DNA of 51,887 nt from an uncultured Dehalococcoidia bacterium (GCA_964634125.1 CAZWIP010000003.1:1-51887), one strand, 5' to 3'. Positions 1 through 10,962 are shown, counted from the stretch's first letter. Made by a program: numbers and translations. Notes: generated from the letters alone by a model not told the origin.

Positions 1-321
1 CAACGTCGTGATCCAATACTCATCCTTTGAACTAGACTTGCTATCGGGATTATATGTTGTTGTGCTGCCAGTTGCAACAATTTATTCTTTAATCTCAGTC
101 TATTCCAAGCCAAAAATGAGCCTCACCAGGCAGTAGTGATCATTTCTTTCGCTTTTGCTACTTCTCTCTTTCTCTGTGGACACTGTGAATTAGTGGGTAA
201 GCCAGAATAATCAGGTGACCCGGTTGGCAAATCTGAAGATTTGGCGGAAGAGATCGGACCGAGTGTTCACCATCTTTTCTGCGAATTGATTGTCGTCCAT
301 TTAGTGGACAAATACACTCGC

Positions 322-350
322 TTGCTTATCCCCTAACAACATGATAATAT
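322..350 (+). promoter_or_regulatory. Putative sigma70-type promoter for recA
   Basis: TTGCTT (322-327), 17 nt, TAATAT (345-350), with TG extension; about 70 nt upstream of the recA ATG. Confidence 0.5.
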
Positions 351-417
351 GGTGTATTCGCTAGGCTGGTATGTATTGGGAAAAGGCTTAGTGTTCAGAT
401 AAATATTAGGGAAGGAA

Positions 418-1476
418 ATGTCAACGGATAAACAAAAAGCCTTAGAACTAGCAATTAGCCAGGTTGAGAAGCAATTTGGCAAGGGAACTGTAATGAGGCT
501 GGGAGAAGCCCAGGCCAGAATGGCTGTGGAAGCTATACCCACTGGTTCGATATCCTTGGATTTAGCTCTTGGTATAGGGGGTATCCCGCGAGGACGGGTT
601 ATCGAAATTTTCGGTAACGAGGGTGCAGGCAAATCAACCCTGGCTCAACACATCATGGCTGAAGCCCAGAAGATGGGAGGGATAGCAGCATATATTGATG
701 TTGAGCATGCTTTGGATCCTGCGTATGCCGCCATATGTGGAGTTGATATTGATAACCTTTGGCTCTCACAACCCGATACCGCAGAGCAAGCCCTGGAAGT
801 CACCGAGAAATTGGTCCGAAGTGACGCACTCGATGTAATTGTTATTGATAGCGTTGCTGCTCTTGTCCCTCGTGCTGAGATCGAAGGGGAGATGGGTGAT
901 ACTCACGTGGGGCTCCAGGCGCGACTTATGTCGCAAGCGCTAAGGAAGCTAACCGCAGCCATAAGCCGGTCACGAACCGCAGTTATTTTCATCAATCAGC
1001 TCAGAGAAAAAATTGGCGTGATGTTCGGAAACCCTGAGGTAACGCCCGGTGGAAGAGCTCTCAAATTCTATAGCTCGGTAAGAATTGATCTGAGACGGAA
1101 AGAAACCATAAAACAAGGTGCGGAAATCGTCGGATCCCGAGTGAAAGCTAAAGTTGTGAAAAACAAGGTAGCCCCTCCCTTTGCTACAACTGAGTTCGAT
1201 ATCATGTTCAATGGCGGTATTAGCAAAGAAGGAGACATCCTCGACCTAGGCGTAGCAAAAGAAATTATCAAGAAAAGTGGTGCTTTTTTCTCCTTTGGAG
1301 AAACACGTCTCGGGCAAGGTAGAGAGCACGCGAAAGAATTTCTCATGCAGAACAAAGATCTAACTGAGAAAATAGAACGCCAAATTAGAGCTGATGGAAA
1401 AACCTCCGAAATAGATATTCCTTCCCCAAAAACTGAACCCGAAACCGTATCTGACTCCCAATCCCCGCTCGAATAG
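418..1476 (+). CDS. recA: Recombinase RecA
   Basis: [13 protein letters not shown] Walker [54 protein letters not shown]. Confidence 0.99.
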   Translation: MSTDKQKALELAISQVEKQFGKGTVMRLGEAQARMAVEAIPTGSISLDLALGIGGIPRGRVIEIFGNEGAGKSTLAQHIMAEAQKMGGIAAYIDVEHALDPAYAAICGVDIDNLWLSQPDTAEQALEVTEKLVRSDALDVIVIDSVAALVPRAEIEGEMGDTHVGLQARLMSQALRKLTAAISRSRTAVIFINQLREKIGVMFGNPEVTPGGRALKFYSSVRIDLRRKETIKQGAEIVGSRVKAKVVKNKVAPPFATTEFDIMFNGGISKEGDILDLGVAKEIIKKSGAFFSFGETRLGQGREHAKEFLMQNKDLTEKIERQIRADGKTSEIDIPSPKTEPETVSDSQSPLE

Positions 1477-1513
1477 AGACGCGGTGGAGTTATATACTCC
1501 ACCATACTGTCTC
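1476..1513 (+). terminator. Stem-loop between recA and recX
   Basis: GAGAC..GGTGGAGT-TATAT-ACTCCACC..GTCTC; no U-tract, so a weak terminator or stabilising hairpin. Confidence 0.45.
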
Positions 1514-1573
1514 TACCCGCAGTAGCCAGCGTAGCAGAATAACGTAGTATAATTCTGTTTACGTGAGCATTCG

Positions 1574-2227
1574 ATGGTTAACGACATGATTATTACCGCC
1601 ATCAAACCTCAGCGGAGGGGAAACAAGCGAGCAAGTCTGTTTATAGATGGCAAATTCGCCCTCGGTGTGAGTTCAACCGTTCTACAAGAAGCTGGAATTC
1701 ACGCCGGACTGAGTGTTTCCCAATCCGAAGTGGATAACCTTAAAAAGGCCGAGCAGGGTCAACACGCAATGAATCGAGCCCTTCAATATCTAAGTTACAG
1801 GCCAAGGAGCGAATACGAAGTAAAGACCAGACTTCAACGCTATGGCTACGAGGACGATATAATCGCAACAACCTTGGATCGTCTGCGAAATTCAGGGTAT
1901 GTTGATGATGTGGCATTCACCACATTCTGGAAGGAAAACCGTTCTAGCTTCAGTTCTCGCAGTGCTCGGCTCATAGTGCAAGAGCTAAAACAGAAGGGTA
2001 TCGATTCAGAGACAATCTGGGAGAGCATTGCGGACATCAATGATGAAGCGGAGGCTTATCGGGCAGGACAGAAAAAGGCACATTCTTTAGGTACAGTGGA
2101 AAAATATGAATTCCGCAGGAAACTGGGCGCTTTCTTGCGCCGCAGGGGATTCGATTACGAAGTGATATCATCAGTAGTCAATCGACTGTGGAATGAACAA
2201 AATAGCGAGGATAAAAAATGGATTTAA
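1574..2227 (+). CDS. recX: Regulatory protein RecX
   Basis: [42 protein letters not shown]; follows recA; start may be 1586. Confidence 0.95.
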   Translation: MVNDMIITAIKPQRRGNKRASLFIDGKFALGVSSTVLQEAGIHAGLSVSQSEVDNLKKAEQGQHAMNRALQYLSYRPRSEYEVKTRLQRYGYEDDIIATTLDRLRNSGYVDDVAFTTFWKENRSSFSSRSARLIVQELKQKGIDSETIWESIADINDEAEAYRAGQKKAHSLGTVEKYEFRRKLGAFLRRRGFDYEVISSVVNRLWNEQNSEDKKWI

Positions 2228-3744
2228 TTTGGGGAATTGGTGTATTTGCGGCCGCTGTAGTGGGCTGGCTCGTTGGCTTGCTTTTTCGAGGCATGACACT
2301 AACCAAGAAGGCTCGCGAGGCCCAGGAAACAGCAGCTAAACTTATCAGGGAAGCTGAAGATAGAAAGAAGGAGATTCTCCTTGAAGCCAAGGAGGAATCT
2401 GTAAAAGTAAAATCAGATGCAGAAGCAGAGAACAGACAGCACCGTACCGAGATCAGTCGCCAAGAAAAGAAACTCAATCAAAAGGTGGAAAACCTCGATC
2501 GAAAAGTCGAGGCTTTCGAGAGACGCGAACGTACTCTAACTCAAAAGGAGCAGGAAATCGAAAACGGTCTGGCCCGCGTAGAGAAACTTAAACAAGAGCA
2601 AAGACAGAAAATCGAAACCATCGCTGGTATGACCAGTGTTGAGGCTAAAGAGCATCTCTTAAAAGCGGTCGAAGACGAGACTCGAGACGCACTGGCCCAA
2701 CGTATGCGTCAGGTAGAAAACCAGCTCAAGGCCGAAGCAGATGAAAATGCAAGGGTAGTATTAGCTGAGGCACTGCAACGCTGTGCTAGCGAAGTTGCCG
2801 CAGAGGGCACTGTCTCCGTGGTTGCTCTTCCGAGTGATGAGATGAAGGGTAGACTGATCGGCAGAGAAGGCCGTAACATTCGAGCATTGGAAAGTGCTAC
2901 TGGAGTAGACCTTATTGTGGATGATACCCCTGAGGCAGTCACCCTCTCGTGTTTTGACCCGGTAAGGCGGCAAATAGCAAGAATTGCTCTGGAAAAGCTC
3001 ATCAAGGATGGTCGTATCCATCCCGGGCGCATCGAGGATGTGGTAGAGAAGGCTACAAAGGAAGTTGAGGCCAATATACAGGTAGAAGGAGAGCAACTGG
3101 CATACAGGTCAGGAGTTGTTGGATTGCACCCGGAGATTATCAAGACACTAGGCCGTCTCCGATATCGTTTTAGCTATGGACAGAACATGCTCAGCCATAG
3201 TTACGAGGTAGCACAATTATCGGCGGCACTTGCCACAGAGATCGGAGCCGATGTGGAAATAGCCAGGACAGCTGGCCTTTTACATGATTTGGGTAAAGCA
3301 ACAGGCCAAGAGGGAGAGGGGCCTCACGCTCAAGTCGGCGCCAATATTCTAAAAAGGATGGGGATGACTCCCGTTATAATAGAGGCAGTAGCGGCACACC
3401 ATGGTGAGGCAGATACAATCGGTATGTATGGATTTATTGTCTCCGCTGCAGATGCGATCAGCAGCGCACGCCCGGGTGCAAGACAAGAGTCTGTCGATGA
3501 CTATCTGAGACGTGTTCAGACCCTGGAAAACATAGCCAACAGCTTCCCTGGAGTAGAAAAATCATTCGCCATCCAGGCTGGACGAGAGGTCCGCATTCTG
3601 GTTAAGCCTACTGAAGTTGATGACCTGGCCGCGCTAAGAATGGCTCGGGACATAGCCAATAAAGTTGAGGAAGGACTCACGTATCCCGGCCAGATAAAAG
3701 TAACTGTTATTAGAGAAACTCGTTCGGTAGACTATGCCAAGTAA
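2218..3744 (+). CDS. rny: Ribonuclease Y
   Basis: N-terminal TM, coiled coil, KH domain ([16 protein letters not shown]), HD domain (LLHDLGK), C-terminal AIQAGREVR. Confidence 0.98.
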   Translation: MDLIWGIGVFAAAVVGWLVGLLFRGMTLTKKAREAQETAAKLIREAEDRKKEILLEAKEESVKVKSDAEAENRQHRTEISRQEKKLNQKVENLDRKVEAFERRERTLTQKEQEIENGLARVEKLKQEQRQKIETIAGMTSVEAKEHLLKAVEDETRDALAQRMRQVENQLKAEADENARVVLAEALQRCASEVAAEGTVSVVALPSDEMKGRLIGREGRNIRALESATGVDLIVDDTPEAVTLSCFDPVRRQIARIALEKLIKDGRIHPGRIEDVVEKATKEVEANIQVEGEQLAYRSGVVGLHPEIIKTLGRLRYRFSYGQNMLSHSYEVAQLSAALATEIGADVEIARTAGLLHDLGKATGQEGEGPHAQVGANILKRMGMTPVIIEAVAAHHGEADTIGMYGFIVSAADAISSARPGARQESVDDYLRRVQTLENIANSFPGVEKSFAIQAGREVRILVKPTEVDDLAALRMARDIANKVEEGLTYPGQIKVTVIRETRSVDYAK

Positions 3745-3766
3745 ACAGTAAGAGCGTAACATCCAA

Positions 3767-4528
3767 TTGAAAATACTCCTGATCGGCGATATAATAGGCA
3801 AGCCAGGTAGAAAGGCAGTTGCCAGACTGCTTCCCGGTTTGAGGCAGCAACATGGAATCGATTTAGTCATAGCCAATGGAGAGAATGCCTCTGGCGGAAT
3901 CGGAATTACACCACCCGTAGCCAAAGAGCTTATTGAATCGGGGATAGACGTTATAACGTCAGGTAACCACATCTGGAAGCACAAGGAAATCATACCCCAC
4001 CTCGATGGAGAGTTGCCGATTCTTCGTCCTTTAAACTACCCTCCGAATGTTCCTGGCCGAGGATATTTAATCAGGGACAATGTAATGGTGGTGAATTTAG
4101 AGGGTCGTGTTTTCATGGGAGAGATGGATTGTCCATTCCAGGCGATTGATCACTTATTGAACAAAATTGACCCTAAACCGCCAATCACCATCATTGACTT
4201 CCATGCTGAAGCAACCTCCGAAAAAGGTGCTCTTGGGCTATATCTGGATGGTCGCGTCAGCGCTGTAGTCGGAACTCACACTCACATCGGCACTGTTGAC
4301 GCCAGAATTCTGCCAAAAGGTACCGCTTATGTTACAGATATTGGGATGGTAGGCCCGAGAGATTCTGTAATCGGTGATGATGCGGAAACCGTGATCGGAA
4401 AATTCCTCACTCAAATGCCTCGCAGGTTATCGGTGGGGAAAGGGACGGTTACATTTAATTCTGTACTGGTTGAAATAGAAGAAAACGGTGAAGCTAAGAA
4501 TATCGTTCGAATAGACACAGAGGCATAG
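3767..4528 (+). CDS. ymdB: YmdB/TIGR00282 metallophosphoesterase
   Basis: GDIIGKPGR, IANGENASGG, TSGNH, DFHAEATSEK, GTHTH; adjacent to rny as in Firmicutes. Confidence 0.93.
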   Translation: MKILLIGDIIGKPGRKAVARLLPGLRQQHGIDLVIANGENASGGIGITPPVAKELIESGIDVITSGNHIWKHKEIIPHLDGELPILRPLNYPPNVPGRGYLIRDNVMVVNLEGRVFMGEMDCPFQAIDHLLNKIDPKPPITIIDFHAEATSEKGALGLYLDGRVSAVVGTHTHIGTVDARILPKGTAYVTDIGMVGPRDSVIGDDAETVIGKFLTQMPRRLSVGKGTVTFNSVLVEIEENGEAKNIVRIDTEA

Positions 4529-4530
4529 TG

Positions 4531-5373
4531 ATGAAAATTGATCTTCACATTCATACAACTGCATCGGATGGACGAGCTACCCCTACGGAAATTGTCCACC
4601 GGGCATCTGAACTGGGGATGAAGGCTATCGCCATTACCGACCACGACTCCGTTGAAGGGATTGAAGAGGCATTAGCTGAAGCTCGCAAATTCCCTAAACT
4701 GTTGGTCATCCCCGGTGTTGAACTTGGGGCTGATGTGCCACATGGCGAAAGGCACATTCTGGGTTATTACGTTGACCATTACTCTACGGAGTTCTGTCAT
4801 AAGTTGGAGATGCTACGCTACGCAAGAGCTACTCGAGGGCAAAAAATAGTCTCCAAACTAAATAATTACGGTGTTATCCTGAACTGGGATCATGTAGTCA
4901 ACATTGCTGATGGAGCATCGATCGGAAGACCTCACATCGCCCAGGCTCTACTTGAACGGGGTTATATCGCGTCCCTTCAAGAAGCCTTCGACAAATATAT
5001 TGGTGATAATGGACCATGTTTTGTGGTGAGAGAAAAATTTGGTGTTGTTGAGACAGTTGAACTGATCGCCAAGACCGGGGGTTTGCCGGCACTCGCCCAT
5101 CCGGCAGAGACAAAAAAACTGAATTCGGTAATAGAGGAATTGAAACCAGCTGGCTTGATTGGTATGGAAGTATACTACAAAAACTATAGCAAGGAAACCA
5201 GAAAACGCCTGATGAACCTGGCTAACAAGCACGGGCTGGTATGTTGTGGTGGCAGCGATTATCATGGTTTCGAAGATACCGGGAATGAAATAGGCAACTG
5301 CGATGTGCCGCAAGATACGGTAGACCGTCTTATTGCCTTACAGAAATATCGTCATCGCAAGGGTGAATCCTAG
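4531..5373 (+). CDS. PHP-domain metal-dependent phosphoesterase (TrpH/YciV-like)
   Basis: DLHIHTTASDG, AITDHD, HILGY, GRPHIA, LAHP, GGSDYHG. Confidence 0.92.
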   Translation: MKIDLHIHTTASDGRATPTEIVHRASELGMKAIAITDHDSVEGIEEALAEARKFPKLLVIPGVELGADVPHGERHILGYYVDHYSTEFCHKLEMLRYARATRGQKIVSKLNNYGVILNWDHVVNIADGASIGRPHIAQALLERGYIASLQEAFDKYIGDNGPCFVVREKFGVVETVELIAKTGGLPALAHPAETKKLNSVIEELKPAGLIGMEVYYKNYSKETRKRLMNLANKHGLVCCGGSDYHGFEDTGNEIGNCDVPQDTVDRLIALQKYRHRKGES

Positions 5374-5389
5374 CCGAGAGGCGTTTTAA

Positions 5390-5851
5390 GTGTATTGTCC
5401 CCGCCATCCTAAAATAGAAACCAACCTTCGATGCGGCAAGTGCGATGAAGTCATTTGCCCTAAATGCACCGTACAGACCCCTGTCGGAGCCCGCTGTCCA
5501 GACTGCGCCAAACTGACTCGCCTGCCCACATTTAAAGTCTCAGCTATTGACTATTTAAAGGCTGTGGGAATTGGACTGGTACTAGCCATGGTCCTTGGAC
5601 TGGGATGGGGAATGGCTGTCCCCATCACACGCGGGTACTCTTATCTCCTAGCATTGCTCGCAGGCTACATCATCGGTGAACTGATAAGCCGAGGTGTCAA
5701 GAAAAAACGTGGGGTGGGCCTTCAGATAATCGCCGGGGTCAGTGTAGGACTTTGCTATGCTGCTGCTGTAGTTTTCGGTATCTCAACCGGTATATACAGT
5801 CTTGTTGCCCTGGCAGCCGGAATATTCCTTGCCGTTATTCACTTTCGCTGA
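5390..5851 (+). CDS. B-box-like zinc-finger membrane protein
   Basis: CPRH..C-GK-C...IC-PK-C......GARC-PD-C followed by about 4 hydrophobic helices. Confidence 0.75.
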   Translation: MYCPRHPKIETNLRCGKCDEVICPKCTVQTPVGARCPDCAKLTRLPTFKVSAIDYLKAVGIGLVLAMVLGLGWGMAVPITRGYSYLLALLAGYIIGELISRGVKKKRGVGLQIIAGVSVGLCYAAAVVFGISTGIYSLVALAAGIFLAVIHFR

Positions 5852-5935
5852 AATTTAACTCACCCCCCATATGTACAAACTCGTCATCCGGATGCTTTTT
5901 GTAGTAACATATGAATAAGAGAACAAGGTAAAGCG

Positions 5936-6628
5936 ATGACAGGTTTAACCAACAAAGAGGGGAAAGTAGGGACAGTCATTGTAGCTGCCGGTAAAAGTGA
6001 AAGAATGGGCGGGGTCGATAAGCTATTTGCTCAACTCAATGGAAAGCCGTTACTGGCCAGAGTGGTTGACGCCTTCCAGGAATGTAACGCAATCGATGAA
6101 ATTGTCATCGTCTTAGGTCAAGTGAATTTAGAACGTGGACGGGAAATGGCCAGCGAATATGGATGGTCAAAAGTAACAGAGCTATGTCTAGGAGGCAAGA
6201 GACGCCAGGATTCAGTTAAGGAAGGGCTTAAAATGCTGAAGGATTGTCAGTGGGTGATGATCCACGATGGAGCCCGTGCTCTCATCACTATTGATACTAT
6301 CGAGAGGGGACTTGCTGAAGCTTTGGAAAACGGTGCGGCTGTTGCGGCAGTCCCGGTCAAGGATACCATAAAGGCAGCTTCGCCAGAGGGTTTTGTCCAT
6401 AGCACGCCACTTCGCGATACTTTATGGGCTATTCAAACTCCGCAAGTCTTTCGTTTCGATTTGATACGCCAAGCCCATGACAAAATTCACGAAGATGTAA
6501 CCGACGATGCTACCATGGTGGAAAAACTCGGACATGACGTAAAACTCTATATGGGTTCATACGAGAATATTAAAATCACTACACCAGAGGACCTGGCATT
6601 TGCTGAGATCATATTGAGGAACAGATAA
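5936..6628 (+). CDS. ispD: 2-C-methyl-D-erythritol 4-phosphate cytidylyltransferase
   Basis: VAAGKSERMGG, RQDSV, IHDGAR, QTPQVF, TDDA, NIKITTPEDL. Confidence 0.97.
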   Translation: MTGLTNKEGKVGTVIVAAGKSERMGGVDKLFAQLNGKPLLARVVDAFQECNAIDEIVIVLGQVNLERGREMASEYGWSKVTELCLGGKRRQDSVKEGLKMLKDCQWVMIHDGARALITIDTIERGLAEALENGAAVAAVPVKDTIKAASPEGFVHSTPLRDTLWAIQTPQVFRFDLIRQAHDKIHEDVTDDATMVEKLGHDVKLYMGSYENIKITTPEDLAFAEIILRNR

Positions 6629-6630
6629 AC

Positions 6631-7107
6631 ATGCGCGTGGGGATCGGTTACGATGTTCATCGGCTCGAAGAAGGTCGCAAGCTCGTGCTTGGCGGGGTAG
6701 AAATACCCTTCGATAAAGGATTACTGGGATGGAGTGATGCGGATGTAACCACACATGCCATTATCGATGCTTTGCTAGGTGCCGCTGGTCTCGGGGATAT
6801 TGGAACTTATTTCCCATCTGATGATCCCCAGTATAAAGACATTTCAAGCCTGATTCTGCTCGAGCGAACAGTAGCATTGCTCAAAGGTCACAACTGGCGA
6901 ATCGGTAATGTGGATGTTACAATCATTGCTCAGGAACCAAAGCTGGCTCCTTACGTTGACCAAATGAAACGTAGAATGGCAGCAACACTCGCGATAGAAG
7001 AAGGCCAAATCGGGATAAAGCCAAAAACGGCCGATGAATTGGGATTTGTGGGAAAAGGTGAAGGGATAGTCACTCATGCGGCAGTATTGATTGAGGAAAC
7101 CAAATGA
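6631..7107 (+). CDS. ispF: 2-C-methyl-D-erythritol 2,4-cyclodiphosphate synthase
   Basis: RVGIGYDVH, SDADV..HAIIDALLGAAGLGDIG. Confidence 0.97.
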   Translation: MRVGIGYDVHRLEEGRKLVLGGVEIPFDKGLLGWSDADVTTHAIIDALLGAAGLGDIGTYFPSDDPQYKDISSLILLERTVALLKGHNWRIGNVDVTIIAQEPKLAPYVDQMKRRMAATLAIEEGQIGIKPKTADELGFVGKGEGIVTHAAVLIEETK

Positions 7108-8465
7108 AAATCTACGATTCACTAACAGCTCAAAAACATGATTTCACACCAGACAGTGACGAGGTGAAAATGTATGTTTGCGGTGTGACGCCTTACGACT
7201 CCTGTCACATCGGGCATGCAATGAGTTACGTCATTTTCGATGTTGTCCGGCGATATCTCAAGTTCAGAGGCTATAACGTCAAATATGTACAGAACTTCAC
7301 CGATATCGACGATAAAATCATCGCCCGTGCCAATGAACGCGGCATCCCGGCTAAAGAGATGGCCGAGGAGTTCATCAACGAATATTTCGAAGATATGGAC
7401 GGCTTGAACATCATGCGAGCCGATTTTTACCCCAGAGCCACCGAAGAGGTTCCCGATATTATCAGAGTTGTCCAAATTTTGATCGATAAAGGGCATGCTT
7501 ATGAATTAAACGGCGATGTATACTTCCGTATTCAGAGTGCTGATAATTACGGGAAACTCAGCCATCGCAAACTGGATGACATGCGCGCCGGGGCGCGAAT
7601 CGAGGTGGATGAAGCAAAAGAATACGCTCTCGATTTCGCCCTCTGGAAAGCTGCCAAACCAGGAGAACCCAGTTGGGATAGTCCGTGGGGACCCGGAAGA
7701 CCCGGGTGGCATATCGAATGCAGTGTAATGTCTCAAAAGTACCTCGGCGATTCTCTCGATATCCACGGCGGTGGGCAGGACCTTGTATTCCCCCATCATG
7801 AGAACGAAATAGCCCAATCTGAAGCCTTTACCGGGGTTATTCCCTTCGTCAAATACTGGATGCATAATGGCTTGCTGCAACTGGATCAAGAGAAAATGAG
7901 CAAATCTTTAGGTAATCTGATCACAGTCAAAGAAATACTTGAGAAATCCAGCGCTGACGCGCTGAGATTATTCGTACTCAGTTCTCACTATCGAAGCCCA
8001 TTATCCTTTTCCGATGAAGGGCTAGCTGCCATGGAAAGAGGCGCTGAAAGATTAACCCGCGCAGCGAATCTGGAGAATGGTACAACACAAGGCGATCCGT
8101 TAGATGCCAATCCATATCAGAAACGGTTCATCGAAGGTATGGATGATGATTTCAACTCCGCACAAGCGGTAGCGGCTCTCTTTGATTTGGCACGAGAAAT
8201 AAACAAGGCCTACGAAGAAGGTATTCCAGTCACAGAGGCTCAGAACACTCTCATGAAGCTTTCGGATGTGCTGGGACTGAAGTTGGAAGAGGATCATGCT
8301 GAATTCGATGGCGGCCCATTCGTCGATCTGCTGGTCGAGATTCGGTCTGAGTTGCGAGTGGCCAAACAGTGGCAACTTTCTGATATGATTAGGGATCGAC
8401 TTGTTCAACTGGGGATTTCACTCGAAGACACATCTCAAGGAACAAAGTGGAGACAAGAGAAATAA
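7104..8465 (+). CDS. cysS: Cysteine--tRNA ligase
   Basis: YVCGVTPY..HIGH, GRPGWHIECS, HGGGQDLVFPHHENE, KMSKS. Confidence 0.99.
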   Translation: MKIYDSLTAQKHDFTPDSDEVKMYVCGVTPYDSCHIGHAMSYVIFDVVRRYLKFRGYNVKYVQNFTDIDDKIIARANERGIPAKEMAEEFINEYFEDMDGLNIMRADFYPRATEEVPDIIRVVQILIDKGHAYELNGDVYFRIQSADNYGKLSHRKLDDMRAGARIEVDEAKEYALDFALWKAAKPGEPSWDSPWGPGRPGWHIECSVMSQKYLGDSLDIHGGGQDLVFPHHENEIAQSEAFTGVIPFVKYWMHNGLLQLDQEKMSKSLGNLITVKEILEKSSADALRLFVLSSHYRSPLSFSDEGLAAMERGAERLTRAANLENGTTQGDPLDANPYQKRFIEGMDDDFNSAQAVAALFDLAREINKAYEEGIPVTEAQNTLMKLSDVLGLKLEEDHAEFDGGPFVDLLVEIRSELRVAKQWQLSDMIRDRLVQLGISLEDTSQGTKWRQEK

Positions 8466-8511
8466 AACCAGCAATTCAGGGATACTTAACCTGATTGAGG
8501 GAGTTATAAAA

Positions 8512-9135
8512 ATGGCTACGAATTCAACGTTCTATATTAAGTTCTTTGCCCCGATAGTACCGGAGACTGTCGCCGCACTGATGCAAATTGTCGATAACAA
8601 AATGAAGCAGGGCGCAACAAAACTCGTCCTGTTGATTTCAACTCCCGGAGGAGACGTTTTCCATGGGCTCTCTGCATACAACTACCTCAAAGGTATCCCG
8701 CTGGAAATAGAGACTCACAATTTCGGGAGTGCCGATTCGATCGGTGTTGTTCTCTATTGTGCCGGTTCAAAGCGCCTATCGGTCCCGCATGCCCGTTTCC
8801 TGCTGCACGGAGTGCAATGCCGGTTCCCTCAACCGATGAGCCTGGAAGAAAAACAACTGGAAGAAAAACTAAAAGGGTTGCAGATCGATATGGGAAACAT
8901 CGCTCGGGTAATAGCGGATACGGTTCAAAAAGACAAAGATCAGATTCTTGATGATATGTTGAACCGCACAACACTATACCCTGAAGAGGCAATTTCGTAT
9001 GGGTTGGTGCATGAAATTCGGTCGGAGTTGTTCGAGCCAGGGGCTCAGGTGATTTCCATACAACAAGCTCCGCAAACCGCAACAATCAAACCTAGAGAAG
9101 GATCACAAAATGTGGCAGATAATTGGACAGGATAG
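8512..9135 (+). CDS. Divergent ClpP-like (S14) protease
   Basis: ISTPGGDVFHG, SADSIG (Ser), RFLLH (His), PEEAISYGLV; start placed at ATG 8512 after GAGGGAG SD. Confidence 0.8.
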   Translation: MATNSTFYIKFFAPIVPETVAALMQIVDNKMKQGATKLVLLISTPGGDVFHGLSAYNYLKGIPLEIETHNFGSADSIGVVLYCAGSKRLSVPHARFLLHGVQCRFPQPMSLEEKQLEEKLKGLQIDMGNIARVIADTVQKDKDQILDDMLNRTTLYPEEAISYGLVHEIRSELFEPGAQVISIQQAPQTATIKPREGSQNVADNWTG

Positions 9136-10144
9136 AACTGTTGATTTATTGAAACGCAGTTTTTCTGAGGGGCGCCTTTCCCATGCCTATTTATTTGTGG
9201 GACCTAAGCATGTTGGCAAGATGACACTGAGTATAAATCTTGCACAAGCATTGAACTGTCTTTCAGAAGACAAACCATGTTGCGAGTGCAGTCCCTGCCG
9301 GCGTATAGCTTCTGGCAACCACCCGGATGTACAGTTGATCCAACTCGCACAGAATTCGGAGAATGAACAAGTTCCAGCAAGAAAGTCGATCAGCGTTAGT
9401 CAGATAAGGGATCTGCAGTATAACGTCAATCTCAAACCATACGAGGGAGGCTATCGGGTCATCATCATCGATGGTGCGGAGTATATGAGTGATGGTGCAG
9501 CAAACTCACTACTCAAGACCCTTGAGGAACCACCTCCAACCACAGTATTTCTTTTACTTGCTGTTGACGAAGGATCACTTCTTTCAACTATCCGCTCCCG
9601 TTGCCAAAAGTTAGAGCTACCTCCCCTGCCATCGCATATTGTAAAAGGGGCCTTGATGGAAAGATGTGGAATCGACCCATCACAAGCCGATCTCCTTGCC
9701 AGAACATGTCAGGGCAGTATCGGGTGGGCAATCTCGGCAATCGACGACGATGGCATATTAGAAGAACGATCCCATCAGCTGGACAACCTCATCGCTCTTT
9801 CCAGTTCCGATATCACCGAGCGTTTTGAGTTTGCGGCCAGTCTGGCCACACAATTCAGTAAAAATCGAGTTGCAGTACGTGAACAACTGGAACTGTGGCT
9901 TAGCTGGTGGCGAGATATATTACTTACAAAAAGCAGTTGCCCGGATTTCATCACCAACAGCGATCAACAGGATGCACTTCGGCAGCATGCGGCACAATGC
10001 AGTACAAGCGTGATTGGAGGAGCGATCAGATCTATTCAAGAAACAATGCAGCAATTAGAACAGAATGCCAATCCTCGTTTGGTACTGGAAGTGTTAACAT
10101 TGAATATTCCACATATTGAGAGAGAGGAAATATGCCTGACGTAA
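9110..10144 (+). CDS. holB: DNA polymerase III subunit delta'
   Basis: HAYLFVGPKHVGK, Zn-binding Cys cluster, HPDV, ANSLLKTLEEPP, TIRSRC. Confidence 0.95.
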   Translation: MWQIIGQDRTVDLLKRSFSEGRLSHAYLFVGPKHVGKMTLSINLAQALNCLSEDKPCCECSPCRRIASGNHPDVQLIQLAQNSENEQVPARKSISVSQIRDLQYNVNLKPYEGGYRVIIIDGAEYMSDGAANSLLKTLEEPPPTTVFLLLAVDEGSLLSTIRSRCQKLELPPLPSHIVKGALMERCGIDPSQADLLARTCQGSIGWAISAIDDDGILEERSHQLDNLIALSSSDITERFEFAASLATQFSKNRVAVREQLELWLSWWRDILLTKSSCPDFITNSDQQDALRQHAAQCSTSVIGGAIRSIQETMQQLEQNANPRLVLEVLTLNIPHIEREEICLT

Positions 10145-10962
10145 CAACTATCCGGTTTAAACCAGCCGGCCCGTCCTATTACTTCGATCCTGCCGGTGTC
10201 GAATTTGATGTTGGTGACTGGGTTATTGTGGATACTGCCCATGGACAATCGATGGGTCAAGTAATCACAGATACCAAAGAAGTCCCCGCCAATCAGGTGC
10301 AAGAGCCATTAAAGTCCATAGTCCGCAAGGCAAATCCCGAGGAAATCGAAAAGGCAGAAGAACTCAAGCGGCAAGAAGGCGAGGTTCTAAACAATTCTGC
10401 TGAACTTGTTGCCAAACACGATCTTCCAATGAAGCTCATCGCAACGGAATACAACTTTGATGGCAGTCATCTGACGATATTCTTCAGTGCGGAAAACAAA
10501 GTGGACTTTCGTGCTTTGCTCAAAGAAATGGGAGCCACTTTTAAAACCCGTGTTGAATTGCGTCAAATAGGGGCTCGAGATGTCGCCAAACTGCTCGGTG
10601 GTATTGGCAGATGTGGTCGTCCTATATGTTGTGCTTCATCCCTCTCCAAGTTTGCCCCGATTTCAGTGAGAATGGCCCGTGATCAATCTTTACCCCTTAA
10701 CCCTCAGATGATATCAGGCATATGTGGCAAACTTCTCTGTTGCTTAAAATATGAACACGAGCAATATGTTGAAATTAAAGCAACCTTGCCCATTAAAGGT
10801 AAAAATGTGCTCACGCCCCACGGGCCAGCTAAGGTGTTATCGATCAACTATCTCAAAAGGACTGTTACGGTCCAACCGGAAAACGAATCGGTCACGGAAT
10901 TTGAGTTCTCGCAACTCACATCCCTGAAAGATAAAAATGCCGAAGACAAAGACAAACGATAA
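10132..10962 (+). CDS. ricT: RicT/YaaT (PSP1-domain) protein
   Basis: VDFRALLKEM, RVELRQIGARD, GIGRCGRPICC, ISGICGKLLCCLKYE; downstream of holB. Confidence 0.9.
   Translation: MPDVTTIRFKPAGPSYYFDPAGVEFDVGDWVIVDTAHGQSMGQVITDTKEVPANQVQEPLKSIVRKANPEEIEKAEELKRQEGEVLNNSAELVAKHDLPMKLIATEYNFDGSHLTIFFSAENKVDFRALLKEMGATFKTRVELRQIGARDVAKLLGGIGRCGRPICCASSLSKFAPISVRMARDQSLPLNPQMISGICGKLLCCLKYEHEQYVEIKATLPIKGKNVLTPHGPAKVLSINYLKRTVTVQPENESVTEFEFSQLTSLKDKNAEDKDKR

Noticed and set aside
1-300. Short minus-strand ORFs upstream of recA (29 aa from 300; possible start at 23)
   Set aside because: No recognisable homology or convincing SD, and truncated by the window edge
250-417. LexA box (GAAC-N4-GTTC) upstream of recA
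   Set aside because: Only half-sites (GTTC at about 272 and 393) without a correctly spaced partner
8401-8511. N-terminal extension of the ClpP-like ORF in the track
   Set aside because: Overlaps cysS; a good SD precedes ATG 8512
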